From the NCBI RefSeq assembly GCF_009914755.1, contig NC_060947.1: a DNA stretch of 64,000 nucleotides. One strand, written 5' to 3'. The DNA is from the human T2T-CHM13v2.0 reference genome, Homo sapiens. The notes under the pieces are model-generated. The model did not search any database. It worked only from the letters and a program-made list of their open reading frames with translations, and had not been told where the DNA came from. Positions 1 through 17,820 of the stretch are shown here, one piece after another; position 1 is the first letter of the stretch, and each line of letters begins with the position of its first letter. Made by a program: the position numbers and the translations under genes.

Positions 1-1642
1 TCCATTCTTGTATTCTTACTAATTGCTATTCTATTAGACACCATTCGTTTTTCATTGTCCTTTCTCTACATCGCCTACTTTACCTACATAAGCACTAACC
101 TTTTTTTTTTTTTTTTTTTGGGGGGTGCTAGACCTAGTAAAAGGGCCAACACAAGCAATTTGTCTCAGGCATTTCTCTATCTCCCTTGTTCTGCCGCCTT
201 CCTCCCATTTGGCAGATAGAACCTTTCACATGATTTTAAACCCCATTCTGCCCGCTCCCTTCACTCCTGAATATCTAGAAATTCCAGTAAAATTCCTTCC
301 ACATACAAGAAAGCATCCCATATCCACACCTATCTCACCCTCCCTTGCCTAACAGAACTTAACTCCCTGGATTTCCATTCAGCTTGAGCTACGTTCTTTC
401 TCATCACATGCAGGGAGTTGCATATACCCCTTACATAGAGAGTTCTTTTATTTTTGAATGTAGACTTAATTTAAATATTTGAATTTGGCTTAAAAGATGA
501 TGCATATCTAGTAGACACCATTAAATATTATTCCAAAAAGCATCACAGCTTTAGCAACTCATATTTCCTTCAGGCTTTTTCTTTCAGATTAATTCAAACT
601 ATTAATTTTGAACCTCTATGTATGCTCGGTATGCCATTTTACTCTGTGTAAAATTGGCATGCTGTTTTAGCCAATTAAAACGGAAAATATTTCTGTTTGG
701 TTTTAATTGATTTATCTATTTATTCACTTACTATTATTTTGGCAAGAAAGGGAGTTCACTTCCCTGAACTATTTCCTTTGGATTGAGAATTCTTGATGTT
801 AGGTTGAGTGTTAATGGTTTTCAGTCCAGCTGTTAATGATGCAGGATTCCTATGCTCTAGGGAGATTTTAGAAGGAATTAAGTGTGAATACCTCCTCACC
901 TGCTTGTCTTCTATTCTAACAAGAGCTTTTGCTCATTAAAAAGTGCCTGCTCTAGCTTAATTCTTCTCAGAGTGAACACTTCAGGATTATGCAAGCAGGC
1001 TAGGTAGTCTCCTCTGATTCAATATTCATACCTTTGAAAAGAGATATAATGTGATGAAAAATAGAGATGCTAACTGAAGAACAACTATTATTTGCTATTA
1101 CCAAGAAAAACTGGATGACATTAAAGAAAATCCCAGATTAACCATGTGAAAAAACTTAATCTGGGAAAAGAAACTCCTTCTGGGAGTCAGTAGATTGAGG
1201 GAAAAGAAGAGAGATAGAAAGAAATGGAAGGTATAGAACAAACCCAATGAAAGCATGGTGACTCAACAGCCTGAAGTATCTGTTTTAGAAACGACTTCCC
1301 AGACCACCACTGAGACCAGTGCGAATGCAGAAGTGAGCAAGTAAGGAAGCAGCTCTGTAAAGGAAGAAGGAATAGAGATCACATCGCAGCAGGAGTGTCC
1401 ATTGTGACAGTCTAGGTAAAAGAGAGAGAGGAACCACAGCTGTGAGGGGACAAGTTGGTTCCTCAAAAGATATTAATGAGGTTTTCATGACATGTGTCAG
1501 GATGCAAATGACAGGGGAAGAGTCCACTTAACAATGGAGTTGTCAAAGATGTAAAAATTTGCAGCACTACTTCAATATTATTTCACTTACTTAATGTATT
1601 TTCATGCTTAATGAACTAAATCACTGGACTGATTTGTTTAGG

Positions 1643-1955
1643 GCAGCACTGTCCAACAGAAATATAATGTGCACTACATATGTAATTTTAAAATTTCTGG
1701 TAACCAAACTAAAAAATATAAAATAAAACAAGTAAAATGAAATTTAGTAATTTAACACAATATAGTAAAAATAACCATTTTACCAACTAATCAATGTAAA
1801 AAATCATTGATGGGATATTGCACATTTTTTTTCATGCTGATACTTCAAGACCTAGTGTATATTTTATAATTACAGCATATTTCAATTTGGACTAGTCCTA
1901 TTTCATGTGCTCAATAGTCACACGTGGCCAGTAGCTGCCATAGTGGACAGTGTAC
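1643..1955. mobile_element. MER33-like hAT-Charlie non-autonomous DNA transposon
   Basis: Termini cagcactgtccaa...tggacagtg are near-inverted; internal 'tgctcaatagtcacacgtggccagtagctgcca' resembles recalled MER33/MER3 consensus; ~310 bp. Confidence 0.75.
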
Positions 1956-2039
1956 ATTTAGAGGAACTCATTTTTGCATCACTACCTATGAAGTAGTCTT
2001 GAAAACAAAACAAACAGGATATGATTAAGCCACTATATC

Positions 2040-2185
2040 TGAACTGTCCAACACCGTCAACACTAGCAACATGTAGAAATTTAAATTAATTAAAACTAAA
2101 AATCCAATCCCTCAGTTGCACTAACCCCATTTCCACTTCTCAATAACCACATGTGGCTAGTGGCTCCTCTGTTAGGCACCACAGA
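2040..2185. mobile_element. MER3/MER33-like hAT-Charlie fragment
   Basis: 'ctcaataaccacatgtggctagtggct' motif and AT-rich centre. Confidence 0.6.
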
Positions 2186-3866
2186 TTTACAGACTTAATG
2201 CCTTTATCTTCCAAACTGAAAATTAGAGAACAATGTCTAAATCACTGGCAATTTGTATCATCCTTGATGAAAACAAACATTTCTTCTTTTTCATTTCATT
2301 CCAAAATCCCCTTTTGCCCTGTCAACTTGTTCCCACCTATCCCCTCAATAAAACCTTACCATGGTCTTGCCTGCAGGATGCAAAATTGTTTGAGAGAGTA
2401 CTGAAAATTCAGTCATGAGGGTAGCATTTCTTACTACTTATGGTTTTTTTTTTTTTCAAGTTTCATAGAGACCTGTGGCATCTTGTGTTTAGAATATATA
2501 GCAAACCTGGTAAAGAGTGGTGAGGAGTGGATTTCTGAAAATGCTGACATATCTTTGAAAATATTATAATCTTAGCTGGCACTATGACAATTGTAGAATG
2601 TATGGTTTGAAAATTAAAAAGAAGAGAAATGGAAACATATAGCAACATTCGTTTTTACCCCTTCTTCATGTTAGGCAGATTTTCTTTTTCTTGTGGGTGC
2701 TCTGGGCATTGTTCTAACTTGGTATTTGCAAGTCAATGGCAAGGCCTGTTCAGTGCTGAGGGAATTACATAGTCATAGACAATTAGTCTTTTAAAAGGTC
2801 TGCTGCTTGGAAATTTGCCACTAAACTCAGTATAGCCTCAGCACATAATGTAAATTCTTAATGATTATAACTTTTCTAAATTCAGCCCTTAACAAATCTC
2901 ATAATAGTGTTTTGAAACTTTTAAATCAAACATAACCCAATTAGGTTGGTATTTGATTAAACTGAACTGCCACTTCACTGAAGTGTTTAAATAAATCAAC
3001 ATTAATATGCTTTTATTATAGTAAATAAAGTTACTTCTATGTAGTTGAAATGTCAATACTCACACATAGCTCTTGAAAATTAAGTACTCCTTGCACTTTG
3101 AATAATGAATCCAGTATTAATTGGGGGGAAACTATTGATTTCTTTTTATAGGCCTGTGGAAGTACTTTGCCCCAAAACTCTACAAGTTCTTAATTAAAAA
3201 AAAATAGTAAACTAAATATCTGTTAAATTCTGAAACTACTGTCAGAGTTGTCCTTATAGTGGTTCTGATTCATGGCCTTTTCTCCCTAAAAATGCAACAC
3301 AGACTGATCCTTCAAATAATAATTATAAAGAATCTTTTTCATTCTAATTGAATAAAATTGTTAGAAGATTCTTGGATGCTTTGCTTCCCACAAAATACTT
3401 GCACTGTGTGTCCAATAATAGATTTTCTCTAGCAGATAGTCATTATCAAAGGTTAACTAGCATCAAGTGGTAGAAAAAATCCTGTTTCTGTCCATAGGTG
3501 CAGCATGGTGAATTCCAATATCTCATCTAAGGAGTAAAAAGTATGCTTTTTGGAAGTAGGACTCAGTACAGCTTTCCATTTGTCATTTCTATTGCTATTC
3601 TACAGGTAGTTGCTATAAGATGATGCTACATTTTTTTATGGCATTCGCAGATTTACATTTCATTGATATTCTATCTTTATGTATACTTTAGCAGTCTATT
3701 TGATTTTTGACTGGTTGTCTGAATCCTCTGTAGGATGAGTCTCAAAGTAGCCTAAATTCTTATTTAAGTACTCTCTAACAGTGTGTTCCTTACTTTTAAA
3801 AAGTTAAGCCTAAAAGAAGTCTGCCTTGAAACTCTTGTTTACTGGACATAGATGTTTACACATTTT

Positions 3867-5049
3867 TGTTACAAGATCTTTGGGGTGTCGATTTTCCTCC
3901 CAAAACCTCTGTGGCCAGTGCACCTTTGCCTGAGTTTTTGTCCTGTGTCCCAGGTCCAGGAAGAATGAGGTACACAGACAAGTAAAGGGTAAAGAAGTCA
4001 AAGAAGAGCTTTACTGTTAGAACAGCTCAGAGGAGACCTGCAGTACCTAGATCCTCTGAAGGCAGGCCATCCCCTGAGTGTTCAGCTCTCAGCAGAGAGG
4101 AGGCCCTGGAGAGGGTGGCTTTTCTCTGCAGGCAGATTGTTCAGACATCTCTGCAGGTCTCTGAAGCTCTCAGCAGAGAGGGTAGCTCCTTTGTGCAGCT
4201 GGTCATCCAGTTGTCTGTCCCTCCTCTGCCCTCTGCCCTGCTCCAAGTTGGGTGCTTTTACGGACCTCGGAGGAGAGGAAGTGCGTGCTGATTGGTCCGA
4301 GGGAAGCCATGGGTGGGCCCAGAGCAGGCACACTAAGTCCCCATTCCAGTGGGTCTGCAGGACTGGCAGCTGGGCCCTCAGCCTTCAGGCCCTCCCTGGC
4401 CTGAATGTGGGGACCTACTGGGGACCCACCCCTTTTTGCCCAGGAATCTGTCTGCCTCCTGCTGCCATTCATGGCCCTGGGCTCAGCCCCAACCCCACTA
4501 CCACATCAGAGCAGGCGCCAGGAGAAGACAGAGGCCAGGCAGCGGGAGCAGACACCCCGAGCCTGCAGGGACTGGGGGGTCATGTCTGCCCCTGAGGGTG
4601 CAGGCTGCAGAGATGCACAGGTCCTGTGCCTCGGAGGGCAGCCGCAGCTGCACCCAGGGAGCTTCTGCTCAGCCAACTCAGAATGGGTGGGGCTCCTGCT
4701 TGTCCCTGGCTTCTGCCTGGTCCATGGAGTGGGAAGCCCAGGTCTTCAGCTGCTGGTCAGCCAGCTGCAGCTGCATCCGAGAGGGCAGATCCCCCCAAGA
4801 GCACAGGGAGGGTCGGATCCACTACACAGTTTGGGTGGCCGTAGCCCCGCCCAGGAGGGCAGGGCTCCTGTCTGCTCCAAAGAGCAGGAGGCCTGGGTCT
4901 GCAGCCACGGTTTGGGCGACTGCCCCTGTATCTGGGGAGCTCCTGCCCTAACTCAGAAAGGGCGGGCCTCCCACCGGCTGCATGGAGTGTGCAGCTCCAG
5001 CCATGCCTCCCTGCGGTAGCCGGTGTGATGGCAGCAGCCACTGCCATCA
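3867..5049 (-). mobile_element. MER52-family (ERV1) solo LTR
   Basis: TG...CA termini; minus strand begins tgatggcagtggctgctgccatcacaccggct as in recalled MER52A; GC-rich ~1.2 kb; flanks tttt/gttt (imperfect 4-bp TSD). Confidence 0.8.
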
Positions 5050-5088
5050 GTTTCAGCTAGAACAACTATGATTAATTAGAATTAGCCT

Positions 5089-5304
5089 GGGAGTTGAACA
5101 ATGAGAACACATGAACACAGAGAGGGGAACAACATACACCAGGGCCTGTTGAGGGTGGAGGATGAGGAAACGGAACTTAAGAGGACGGGCCAATAGGTAC
5201 AGCAAACCACCATGGCACACATATACCTATGTAAAAAACCTGCAGTTTCTGCACATGTATCCCATTTTTGTTTTTGTTTTTGAAGAAATAAAGGGACAAA
5301 AAAA
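5089..5304 (+). mobile_element. 5'-truncated L1PA 3' end (older L1PA8A/L1PA12-like)
   Basis: L1 3'UTR motifs 'gagttgaacaatgagaacacatg' and 'gcaaaccaccatggcacac'; A tail; TSD agaattagcct 5078-5088 / aggattagcct 5305-5315. Confidence 0.85.
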
Positions 5305-5315
5305 AGGATTAGCCT

Positions 5316-5760
5316 TGTTATGACTGACAGAAAACCTTAAATAAGAGTGACTTATACAACGTATGTTACTTTTCTCATGCATTCAAGTGCAGAGGTACAC
5401 AGCATGGCTGGTATGGGCTAGCTCTTTGATCTTGCAGCTCTTCCATGCTTAGCCTATATTCTAAGGCATACCTCATGGTCAAAGAGGCCTTCCTCTAGCC
5501 ATCATGTCTGCATTCTACCCAGCAAGGAGTAAAGGGAAGAGAAGGACAAACTTTTCCCTTTAAGGACATTCTCAGGAGTTGCATGCTCTGCTTCCACTTA
5601 GAGCCCATTGTCTGGGACTATCTCCTGGCCACAACTAGCCGTAAAGAAAACTGGGAAATATAGTCTTTATGCTGGGTGACCATGTGTTCAGCTAAAAATT
5701 TAGAATTCTGTTATAATGGAACACAAGGGATATTGAAAGAAAATTAGGTGTCTGTGTAAT
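5316..5760 (-). mobile_element. MLT1J-like MaLR LTR
   Basis: Minus strand 'tttttagctgaacacatggtcacccagcataaagactatatttcccag...tagttgtggcca' matches recalled MLT1J. Confidence 0.65.
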
Positions 5761-5992
5761 ACTGTTCTCTGGAATGGAACTCATGGTCAGCAAAAGACTA
5801 TACCGTGAGCCTGGAAGCTGTTGTTAGAAAAATAAAGAAAGCAACTAAGATTCTGTTAGAGCTTTCCAAAAGAAGTACTTAAACTACCTTTTTTTTCTGG
5901 TTTGGTATTTTTTCAGAGCCCCTCTCATCACAGCATATTAAAACTCCTGCTCCTCTCATAGACCTTAAATCCCTTGGATTTCAGCTGTTTCT

Positions 5993-6404
5993 TTTTTTTT
6001 TTCTTTTTTTAACTTTAAGTTCCAGGATACAAGTGCAGAATGTGCAGGTTTGTTACATAGGTATACATGTGCCATGGTGGTTTGCTGCACCTATCAACCT
6101 GTCATCTAGGTTTTAAGCCCCATATGCATTAGGTATTTGTCCTAATGCTTTCGCTCCACTTGACCCCACCTACCGAATTGCCCCAGTGTGTTGTTCCCCT
6201 CTCTGTGTCCAAGTGTTCTGATTGTTCAACTCCCTCTTATGAGTGAAAACATCTGCTGTTTGGTTTTCTGTTCCTGTGTAAGTTTGCTGAGGATGATGGC
6301 TAGAATAATCAGTTGGAAATGCAGAAATCACCTGCCTTCTGTGTTGGTCTTGCTGGGAGCTGCAGACCGGAGCTGTTTCTATTCGCCCATCTTGTCCCCT
6401 CCCC
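5993..6404 (-). mobile_element. Internally deleted (SpIRE-like) L1PA: 96-nt 5' terminus fused to ~300-nt 3' end
   Basis: Poly-T tail, L1 3'UTR to 6301, L1 5' terminus 6309-6404; 12-bp TSD tcagctgtttct at 5981-5992 and 6405-6416. Confidence 0.9.
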
Positions 6405-6637
6405 TCAGCTGTTTCTCATCAAAACTTCCTGTACTGCCTGAAGAAGTTACTTTCCAATTTTCCACCCTAGCATAATGTATCATTTAGAGAAAAAAAGCTG
6501 AGTTCTTTTCTGAAATGCCTGAAAATTTTATTCTTTTCCATTTTGCTTTTTTCTTTTGCCACACATTAAAACACCTCTGCTGATGTTAAAGCTGCCTGTA
6601 CAACCCCAAATTAATTGAAGTTTTGGAGTTGATCAAG

Positions 6638-6850
6638 TAATAATAATAATAGCCACTGTGTTTTGAGTGCTTACTCTATGCCAGGCACCATGCTATGGGT
6701 GTCACTTACATTGTGTCATTAAGTCTTCAGAACAACTCGTTAAGGTAGGACTATAGATGAGGAAACTGCAGCCCACAGAGATTACATAACTTGCCCAAAT
6801 CCTTATAGCTAGTAAGTGATTGAGTATAGAATTTATACCTAAGAAAACAG
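6638..6850 (-). mobile_element. MIR SINE
   Basis: Core 'tagatgaggaaactgcagcccacagagattacataacttgccca'. Confidence 0.75.
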
Positions 6851-6895
6851 AGTCTAGAACCTCCTCCTCCCACACACCCTGATTGGTTGATATTA

Positions 6896-7656
6896 CAGTA
6901 TGTCCTCACTTAATATGTTCATCAATAGATTCTTGGAAACTGTGGCTTTATGCAAAATGACATATAACAAAACCAATTTTACCACAGGTTAATTGATATA
7001 AACAAATAGAGTAAAGTTCTCACAGCATATGTCTGGTCAAAAAAACATCAACAACCTTTTAAATAAAACCAAAACACTTATAATGTTAAACAGTGAAATA
7101 AATGTGAGCAATACTTACATTTTTAAAAGATTTAATTAGCCAGGCATGGTGGTGTGCACCTGTAGTCCTAGCTATTTTGGAGGCTGAAGTGGGAGAATTG
7201 CTTAAGCCTAAGAGTTCCAGGTTACATTGAGCTATGATTGTATTACTGTACTCCAGCCTGGGTAGCAGAGTGAGACTCTGTCTCGAAAAATAAAATAAAA
7301 TAAATAAAAACAAGATAATTATTTACCCACTGATTACAGTCCTGGGTGGCAGGTGGCCAGAGCCTATTCTGGCAGTTAAGGGTCAAAGTGGGAACCCTCT
7401 GTGGACAAGACACCATCCCATCACATGGCACACTAATACACACACACACACATACACACGCATACACACACACTCACACTGAGACCACCTAACATGCACA
7501 GCTTTGGGATGCGGGAGGGAGCCAGAGTACCCAGAGAAAACCCACATAGATATGGGGAGAATGTGTAAACTCCACACAGATAGTGGCCCTAGCAAGGATG
7601 CATTTTTTTTTCATCATGAGTAAAATGATGTTGCTTTGATGTTCAAGAAACTGCTG
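6896..7656. mobile_element. MER82 (TcMar-Tigger) DNA transposon
   Basis: TA-flanked cag...ctg ends; 'gagtacccagagaaaacccac' and 'aaactccacacaga' motifs; interrupted by an Alu monomer. Confidence 0.8.
7135..7305 (+). mobile_element. FRAM / AluJ right monomer inside MER82
   Basis: Single Alu right arm with A-rich tail. Confidence 0.8.
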
Positions 7657-7677
7657 TATTGTATATGGAAAAATCTA

Positions 7678-8045
7678 GATCTGTGCTATCTGATATGGTA
7701 GCTGTTAACCACATATGTCTGTTTACTTTTAGTTACTTATTTGTTTGCTTCCTTAAGACAGAATCTTACTATGTTGCCCAGGCTGGCCTTGAACTCCTAA
7801 GCTCAAGTCATCTTCCCATTTCAGCCTCCCCAGTAGCTGGGACTACATGTGCATACCACCATGTCCAGCTTATTTACATGTACAGTTAAATTGAAATTAA
7901 TTAATTTTAAAAAAGTCTCAGTTTTTCAGTCACACAGTCACATATCATATGTTAATTAGATACACGTGGCTAGTAGCTACTATATGGAACAGTGCAAATA
8001 TGAAACATTGCTATTACCACACAGAATTTTCTTGGACAGTACTGA
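7678..8045. mobile_element. MER3 with inserted FLAM (about 7730-7870, minus)
   Basis: 'cacgtggctagtagctactatatggaacagtgca' MER3 motif; Alu left monomer in the middle. Confidence 0.7.
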
Positions 8046-8345
8046 TCTAGATAACCCTGCTCCTAACCTAGATTTCTTTTTAGCCTAAATTGTCTGGCTG
8101 GCTGTGTAGATATGGCCAAAGAGAAATAGGTGCAGCCTCTTAAAGAAGATATCTGAATTTATCATTCTGCCCCATAAATTTCACATTTGTAAACAAATAT
8201 TTAAGTGAAAAATGTGAATTTTCCTTGAATATTATCTCCAAAATTATCAACCCATTAAGATATCCTCATTATAACACTATTTGTTATGTATATGTGAATA
8301 GTTCACTGGTGAAATCATGTCAGACATATTTCAATTCTACATAGT

Positions 8346-8693
8346 TGTCTTAGTCTGTTTTGGCTGCTATAACAAAGTCCCATAGACTGGGTGGCTTACA
8401 AACAACAGAAATTTTTTCTCACAGTTGAGATCAAGGCACTGGCAGATTTGGTGTCTGGTGAGGTCCTGCTTCCTGGTTCGTAGACAGTGGTCTTCTTGCT
8501 GTGTCCTCACATGGCAGAAAGAGCAAGGGAGGTCTTTGGGCCTCTTTTATAAGGACACTAATCCTATTAATGAGGACTCCATTCTCATTATCTGATCACC
8601 TTTCCAAAAGCCCCACCTCCTAATACCATCAAACTGGGGATTAGGTTTCAACATACGAATGTTGGGGGAAACACAAATATTCAGTCTATAGCA
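8346..8693 (-). mobile_element. MLT1A/MLT1A0 MaLR solo LTR
   Basis: TG...CA ends; perfect 5-bp TSD atagt (8341-8345, 8694-8698); 'gctgctataacaaa...catagactgggtggctta'. Confidence 0.85.
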
Positions 8694-9854
8694 ATAGTTA
8701 ATGTCTGATATAACACAGCTGACATACATAGCCTTCATGGCATCTGTTAGCCCTTTTAGCATTATAAAGAATAAGTTGGTTCTTATTATTTTTAGCATTA
8801 CACAGTGAATGTTTTGATTGGCAAAAAATAAAATAATGAGGAACACAAGAATACTTATCTGTATATAGGAACTACACACAGTCACTCTAATCTCATCCCA
8901 TTGGCTATTTTATGATTTAATATTTAAATTGAAATCTAAAAAGTGAGTACTTAGTAAAAAGACTGGATTTGTCTGTGAATTTGATGTACAGTCAAATGCA
9001 AAATCTTATTCTTTAGAATTGCCCACAGTTACAACTCCGAAACCACTGTAGGAAAAGCCCCCAGTCTCACTAAATCACTCTGGGTTTTTTCTGAAAAAGC
9101 CCAGTGGGTTTGCCTAGTTGGAAATTCTATATTAAGAGACTACTCTGGTAGTTGGCCAGGAAAAGAGCAACTAAAATGACTTAATACACTACTGCATTCA
9201 ATTAGGTCCACTTTTCTTCTTTCAAAGGTGAAAGGAGAAACATTTGACTTTAAAAAGCAACATCTTCCTATAATTCGAATGTCTATTCTTTGTGTGCTTA
9301 AGAAAACATTCAGAACAGAAATTGCAAATATCTCATTACAATTTTGAAAGAAAAAAATGACAGCTTTCTTCTAGTGAATATTACAAATTAATGATTTTCC
9401 TACATATATTTCTTATGAATATATGTAGCTCCAACTAAAAATAATAAAATGTCATATTAAGAAGGCAAATATTCTCACCTCCATATACTGGAAGTCTTCT
9501 TTGTGCTAGTAGGTATTCTGGAAAATCTAAATTTGCATTTCAATCAAAGAACATCAATAATCGGACAGAGCAGACTGATGATCTTTCAAAGTTCCATTTC
9601 AATGCACCTCTGAGATAAAAGAGGACTTCTGACAATTTTCAGCATCCTGTATTGCATTGTCTATTTTGAGGTATTATGTAAAATCCAAAAATATGTTTTG
9701 TCATTATAAAATCCATACCTCTGAACTGGTTTAAAAAAATAAGCATCTTAACAGGTATGATAATTACAGTACCAATTTGAAGAAATCAAGAACTTTAAGA
9801 TTGGGAGAAACAGTTAAGATCATCTAAACCACAGAGAACTCACCATTACCATTG

Positions 9855-10025
9855 GATGTAGTAGATCAGACCCTGAATCCTGAAGGAGAAAATGTGGCTG
9901 TAAGTCTCAGCTCTGAGATTATTTGTGAGACTTTGTCTAAGTCACTTTCTCTTCCCCTGGACCTTTGTTTTTCTACTCTGTAAAGAGAAATTAAACTTCT
10001 TTCATATCTAAGGTCTATGTACAAT
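9855..10025 (+). mobile_element. MIR/MIR3 remnant
   Basis: Degenerate core 'aagtcactttctctt...tttttctactctgtaaa'. Confidence 0.5.
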
Positions 10026-10934
10026 TTCTTGCTATCTGCCAAAAGTTAAGCAGCCATTTATATAGTACTTTAGCAGACTCTACTTCAGTAAAACACTAAA
10101 TTAGCTAGACTATATTACTATTAATTAAATTTGGAGGAAAAAGAGGCTAAACCCCAAGCAAGCTAGTATCGGGAATTCATATGAAAAAATGACTTCTAGG
10201 AAATGTTTTTAGGTCAAAACACAGTCCTAGACATTATAATTTTTCATCTCCTGCTCTGTAGAGTGAATATTGATGTGCATGGTGATGACCATGACGTTCT
10301 GAATGGCCATTATTGCCCAGTAACAATGCAGTCCTATGTGCTAGACTGCATTCACTTGAGCTTCAACTCAATTTGCCTGGGCCATTTAAAAATTAAAAAT
10401 AATTTTAAACAGGAGTTGAAAGCAACAAAAATGCTTTCTGCTCAACTTTTGTTAGACAATTCAATTACCTACAATATCCTATTCTGTAAGCATACTAGTT
10501 AATCAAGGTTTTACTGTGTATTCTTTAAACTAGCAAGTTAGTTAATTAATTGGAGGAAGTGAAATGTTTGGCCAGGCTAGATGTCTGCACTGATGTAACT
10601 GCTTGGATTTTATTGTTATGTTTAGTAAGGAGCAAAATTGCATGAACAGTGACATGTGTATGTTTGGCTAAGGAAAAGGCACTTTATTTATGGTGAGAAT
10701 GGTCAGGCTTTAGCAGAAGTAGTTGAAATTGCTATATGATACCCAGATTATACAGTTTCCCAGCTGATCCAGTAAATGATCCTGAGGCCTCCTTACCTAT
10801 TTCTAGGAACATTTATTAATGAATTATCTTTTTTGGTCTTATTTCCTATGCCAAACAATAATCTAGCTACCTCCATCTATCAGAGTCCCCTTATAATGAA
10901 GGAAACAGCAGGATCTCTATTGTGGGGAAGGAAG

Positions 10935-11015
10935 TGAAGCTGTTCATCTTTGTATCTCTACCACAAACCACAGTATCTAGCACATAGTAGATGATTAATA
11001 AATGACAAATAAACA
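10935..11015 (+). mobile_element. L2 3' end
   Basis: 'cagtatctagcacatagtagatgattaataaat'. Confidence 0.55.
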
Positions 11016-11030
11016 AGGGATTATTTTTGA

Positions 11031-11669
<639 letters not shown>

Positions 11670-12261
11670 TGATTGGTTATTTTAGGTGGTAGAGTAATAA
11701 TTGCTCTTTCAGGGACAGTTTTGTAGTCATCTTACATTAGGTTTCTCAAACAAATTTTAGCCAAGAAGAAACAACATGTTACCTGAACATATGTGGAAAC
11801 TTAACCTCTTCCTTTCTGTGCCCCTGCTGTCAATAAGAGAAAATCAGCCAAATCTTTGATAACAAATGTCTGTTGTAAAGACACATAGTAGAGATTCAAT
11901 TAAATTTGTTAAATGAATATGTTGGAAACAAGGGCAACTTATCAAATAAAGGTAGAGCCATTTTACAGACTTTTTTCCTTTTCTCCAGAAAAAAAAGGAA
12001 TGTATGACTTAGAACAATTCAGATAATATCATTGATAACATGGAGAAGGTATGCACATGGAAGGAAAAAAATTTTCTGTTAAATATGAACAAGACTTGGC
12101 ACCAAGTGAGGAAGATGCCATGTCAGTTTCCATGATGGAAGCCAAATATATTAATAAGGGTAATCACAAAGGCAGTTTTTGTCCTAATTACAGTTAACCC
12201 TTGAACAACATGAGGGTTGGGGCAGTGACACCTCTTGCAGTCAAAAATCCATGTATAACTT

Positions 12262-17820
<5,559 letters not shown>

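Noticed and set aside
1050-1550. Purine-rich stretch resembling decayed coding sequence, with an 11-bp inverted repeat (1131-1141/1156-1166)
   Set aside because: Multiple stops, no recognisable protein; part resembles degenerate L2
4082-5047. Overlapping 150-204 aa ORFs in a GC-rich block
   Set aside because: All lie inside the MER52 LTR; long frames are expected from GC content; no recognisable domain
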